A stretch of 64,000 bases of DNA from Promethearchaeota archaeon (GTDB lineage Archaea > Asgardarchaeota > Lokiarchaeia > Sigyniarchaeales > SOKP01), in NCBI GenBank assembly GCA_013375475.1, contig JABXKD010000002.1:1-64000 (forward strand), written 5' to 3'. Below the pieces are notes generated by a model that was given only the letters and a program-made list of their open reading frames with translations, made no database searches and was not told the DNA's origin. How positions within the stretch are numbered: position 1 is the stretch's first letter; the number at the start of each line of letters is the position of its first letter. The position numbers and the translations under genes are program-made. This document shows positions 61,030 through 64,000 of the stretch, in pieces.

Positions 61030-62345
61030 ATTAATTTTTTAAAAACGATATTCTTAATCTTAACCTTATCGGTTTGGAGTATTATGGGTTTATAATCTAA
61101 CAATTTATGGTCTTTTATTTTTTTAATTTGGGATAATACTCGTTCTACTACCCCAAGTTCGATATCAAGTGTTATGATTTTTGTTCGCCCGTAATGCCCC
61201 ATTGACCTCGTATTTGCAATAATTATTCCCGATAAAGTTAGTTCGTTAATATAATCGCTAATTCTTCTACGCGATAATTGTTTCAAGCCCGGAATTTTGC
61301 TAGATAGTTCTGAGTGAACTTCGTATATGTCTCCCGATGTGATTACATGTCCTTTGGTAAATCTAGATAATACGTAAATTGCTGTCAGAGTTAATTGGGT
61401 TTGAAGAGGCATTGAAAAGATATATTCAACAATGTGGTCTTTATCTATATCTTTTTGAGCTTTTTCTACATGATTTTCAGTAATTTTCTTACTTTGATTT
61501 CTTTCCGCAATCTCTCCTGCTTTTCTTAATAATTGAAGAGCTCTTCTTGCATCGCCGTGTTCTTTGGCAGCAAAACCTGCACACAACTTCACCACGCCAT
61601 TATCGATGACATCCTCAATAAATGCTATCTCAGCTCTTTGCTTGAGTATTTCTGCCAATTGATTTGCGTTATAAGGATGGAAAACGATAGGCTCCTCTTC
61701 TTCTAAATTAGAACTAACTCTCGAATCTAGGCACTCCATAAATTTCAACTTATTAGATATTCCGATAACACTTGTTCTACATAAGTCTAAATTTTCATTG
61801 AGCCTTGTTAAATTATAGAGGATTTCATTTCCTCCTTTCTTCTCTATTAAAATATCGATTTCATCTAATACAAGAAAACAAATGCTGTTTTTGATAAATT
61901 GATCCAAAAGTCCAAGTAATTTCTTCAGTATAACATCTTTGGGCAAACCAGTTGCGGGAATTTTCTCTTTTCCAACGATTGTATTATAAATATGAGCCAA
62001 AATTCGGTATGGGGTCGATACTACTGTGCAATTGATGTATACCCACCAAGGTGGATTGTTAGTACAGTGTTGAGCTAGTTTTTGAGAAATGTATCTTACA
62101 GTTGCTGTTTTCCCAGTGCCTGTCATCCCGTAGCATAAGAGATTAGGTGGTACATCTCCTTTTAAAGCACACGCTGTTATGCCTGCAATTTTTTCTATCT
62201 CGGAGTTTCGGTGTGGTAGTTCGTTAGGAATAAATGATGGTTCGAGTGCTTCCCTATTTTTAAAAAGTTTTGGACCCGCTAAATAGGTTTGATAAAATTT
62301 ATCAATGTTAAAAGAATACATGCCTTTATCATTTTGATTCGTCAA
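61026..62345 (-). CDS. cdc6: Orc1/Cdc6 replication initiator
   Basis: LPHR, YGMTGTGKT, LVLDEID, GDARRAL, C-terminal wHTH with GRT. Confidence 0.95.
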   Translation of the reverse strand: MTNQNDKGMYSFNIDKFYQTYLAGPKLFKNREALEPSFIPNELPHRNSEIEKIAGITACALKGDVPPNLLCYGMTGTGKTATVRYISQKLAQHCTNNPPWWVYINCTVVSTPYRILAHIYNTIVGKEKIPATGLPKDVILKKLLGLLDQFIKNSICFLVLDEIDILIEKKGGNEILYNLTRLNENLDLCRTSVIGISNKLKFMECLDSRVSSNLEEEEPIVFHPYNANQLAEILKQRAEIAFIEDVIDNGVVKLCAGFAAKEHGDARRALQLLRKAGEIAERNQSKKITENHVEKAQKDIDKDHIVEYIFSMPLQTQLTLTAIYVLSRFTKGHVITSGDIYEVHSELSSKIPGLKQLSRRRISDYINELTLSGIIIANTRSMGHYGRTKIITLDIELGVVERVLSQIKKIKDHKLLDYKPIILQTDKVKIKNIVFKKLI

Positions 62346-62368
62346 CGCTTAATCCCACCATATTCATT

Positions 62369-62384
62369 GTTTCCACTCGAAATG
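62369..62384 (+). promoter_or_regulatory. mini-ORB-like Orc1/Cdc6 binding box upstream of cdc6
   Basis: GTTTCCACTCGAAATG resembles the ORB core TTCCAnTGGAAA; single copy seen. Confidence 0.5.
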
Positions 62385-62656
62385 ATCACTAGAATAATAT
62401 TTCGATTCCGCAATATTTAAACTTGATTATTAATCGAAAAACTAAAGATAATTTGTTAAAGCTTTAATATGTTATTCTCAACTTATCAGATTAGCTACTA
62501 TTAGATCGATAGTTTATAATATTATTGTCGGAGCTTTAAAAGATAATTATTTAGGAAGCAATATTATTAAGGGTTTAGTAGAACTAATTATATTTGCAAA
62601 AACTTAATTTCAATCTAAAATTTACCAATCTAATTTTTATAATAATAGGAACTATT

Positions 62657-63430
62657 ATGTCAACGCATAATAAAAATGGAGATATTAATAGAAAAGATGT
62701 AAGACTTGCGATATTTTTGACGATATTTTTCATAAGTCTGCTCTTTTTTAACTTTCTGGTTATTTCTATCGTATTTAGCTGGGCTGATTGGTTAGCAACC
62801 CTTATTTTTAGTGTACTTTTTATCGTTCCCGCGTATTTTTCAAACGCAGGAATGGTTATTGTCGGAGGTGGTAAACCTATAGATGGGGGGAAGTTTTGGC
62901 GTGATGGACGCAGAATATTAGGAGGTCATAAAACCATTTCGGGATTTGTTAAAGGACCATTATATATTGGTATTCCATTGAGTTGCGGTTTATTTTTATT
63001 GTTTTTATTGTTATGGCCTGCTATACAACAGATTCCAATAGAAGGAGCTTCAACTGGAGTATATGTATTATACTCTGAGATATTTTATTATGAATATTTT
63101 TTTATAGGTGGACCAATTCCGATTGGAATGCTAATGATAGTGTTTAGAATTATATTTTGCTCATACGGTGCCGCGTTTGGAGATTTAGCAGGTTCATTTC
63201 TTAAAAGAAGATTTAACATTAAAAGTGGAGATCCCTTTTGGGTTGTAGATCAATTAGATTTTGCTGTAGGCGCTATTATTTTTGCTATAATTCCTGCTAT
63301 CTTTTTTCCAGCATTATATTTGATCCCTGATATTAATATTATAATATTCCTCCTAATCCTGACTCCCTCTGTTAGTCTTATTGCTAACACTATTGCTTAT
63401 CTCGTCAACTTGAAAGAAGTTCCCTGGTAG
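62657..63430 (+). CDS. carS: CDP-archaeol synthase
   Basis: PAYFSNAG…GGGKPIDGGK..DGRRILG.HKT; GDLAGSFLKRR; DQLDF; start moved to ATG 62657. Confidence 0.92.
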   Translation: MSTHNKNGDINRKDVRLAIFLTIFFISLLFFNFLVISIVFSWADWLATLIFSVLFIVPAYFSNAGMVIVGGGKPIDGGKFWRDGRRILGGHKTISGFVKGPLYIGIPLSCGLFLLFLLLWPAIQQIPIEGASTGVYVLYSEIFYYEYFFIGGPIPIGMLMIVFRIIFCSYGAAFGDLAGSFLKRRFNIKSGDPFWVVDQLDFAVGAIIFAIIPAIFFPALYLIPDINIIIFLLILTPSVSLIANTIAYLVNLKEVPW

Positions 63431-63435
63431 GTTTT

Positions 63436-63951
63436 TCACAAACTTACAACTTCACACTTAATTTTTACTTGAAATCCCTGGTAATCTGAGAATTTAACAT
63501 AACTTTCGAAGATGAAATTTATAGCTTTTATATAATCACCATTAATACCTACTGCGATTCCTCTTTCTTCGAAGGAGAGAAACCCTACAATAATTATAAT
63601 CTGCCCAGTGTTAAAATTTCTTTCTATCCTTATTCTGTGAATATATAGATCAGGGAAAAAACCAAAAACTAAATTAATTAAAACACTTTCTTCCCGAACA
63701 AACACAATTCTCCTATTTTGAAATTTTTTTCTTAGATATGGTAATTTAGATTTCGCTTCAAAATACCTTCCATTATCAAGAAAGAAAAACACAATATCTT
63801 TAACAATAATAACATTTTTCGGAAAAATTTTAGTAGAATCATAGAAGAAGTGAAAGAGTAAGAGTTCTTTATTCGAGAATTTCTTCCTTACGGATAATTT
63901 CTGATAAAAAAGCAAATCATCAATAAATGAATTATGAGTCGTACTCAACAT
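63436..63951 (-). CDS. Divergent NusA-like KH-domain protein
   Basis: EERGIAVGINGDYIKAIN KH GxxG-like motif; layout resembles archaeal NusA. Confidence 0.6.
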   Translation of the reverse strand: MLSTTHNSFIDDLLFYQKLSVRKKFSNKELLLFHFFYDSTKIFPKNVIIVKDIVFFFLDNGRYFEAKSKLPYLRKKFQNRRIVFVREESVLINLVFGFFPDLYIHRIRIERNFNTGQIIIIVGFLSFEERGIAVGINGDYIKAINFIFESYVKFSDYQGFQVKIKCEVVSL

Positions 63952-64000
63952 ATAATTAAGAATTCAGACCTATTATTTTAAACTCCTAAGAAATTTAAAT

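Noticed and set aside
1-64000. Selenoprotein (in-frame UGA) or SECIS elements, known from Lokiarchaeia
   Set aside because: I noticed no ORF with a TGA at a conserved Cys position or a convincing downstream continuation.

Overview
This AT-rich (roughly 30% GC by eye) archaeal chromosome segment is most consistent with an Asgard archaeon of the Lokiarchaeia. The evidence is five Ras-superfamily small GTPases (Rab-like, Arf/Rag-like, roadblock-fused), a longin-like protein, a Loki-CTERM-type surface protein, unsplit RpoB, PolD, Cdc6, PAN, TFE and CarS. Positions ~1-15.5 kb form an accessory region of mostly membrane/secreted and small genes. This region is punctuated by about 11 same-orientation copies of a modular, G/T-rich ~35-90 bp intergenic repeat that I did not find in the rest of the window. 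This cassette-array-like organisation lacks classical attC palindromy and has no integrase in view; it is the main candidate for an undescribed system. Positions ~17-33 kb interleave small GTPases with metabolic genes (acdA-like, ilvE, panB, mfnA). Positions ~33-64 kb are core information processing: an intein-bearing class III RNR, nac, pan, mbf1, tfe, rpoH-rpoB, cbf5, three tRNAs (one with a T-loop intron, one with C33), divergent PolD subunits, and cdc6 with a mini-ORB-like box. All calls come from reading motifs by eye; no database searches were run.
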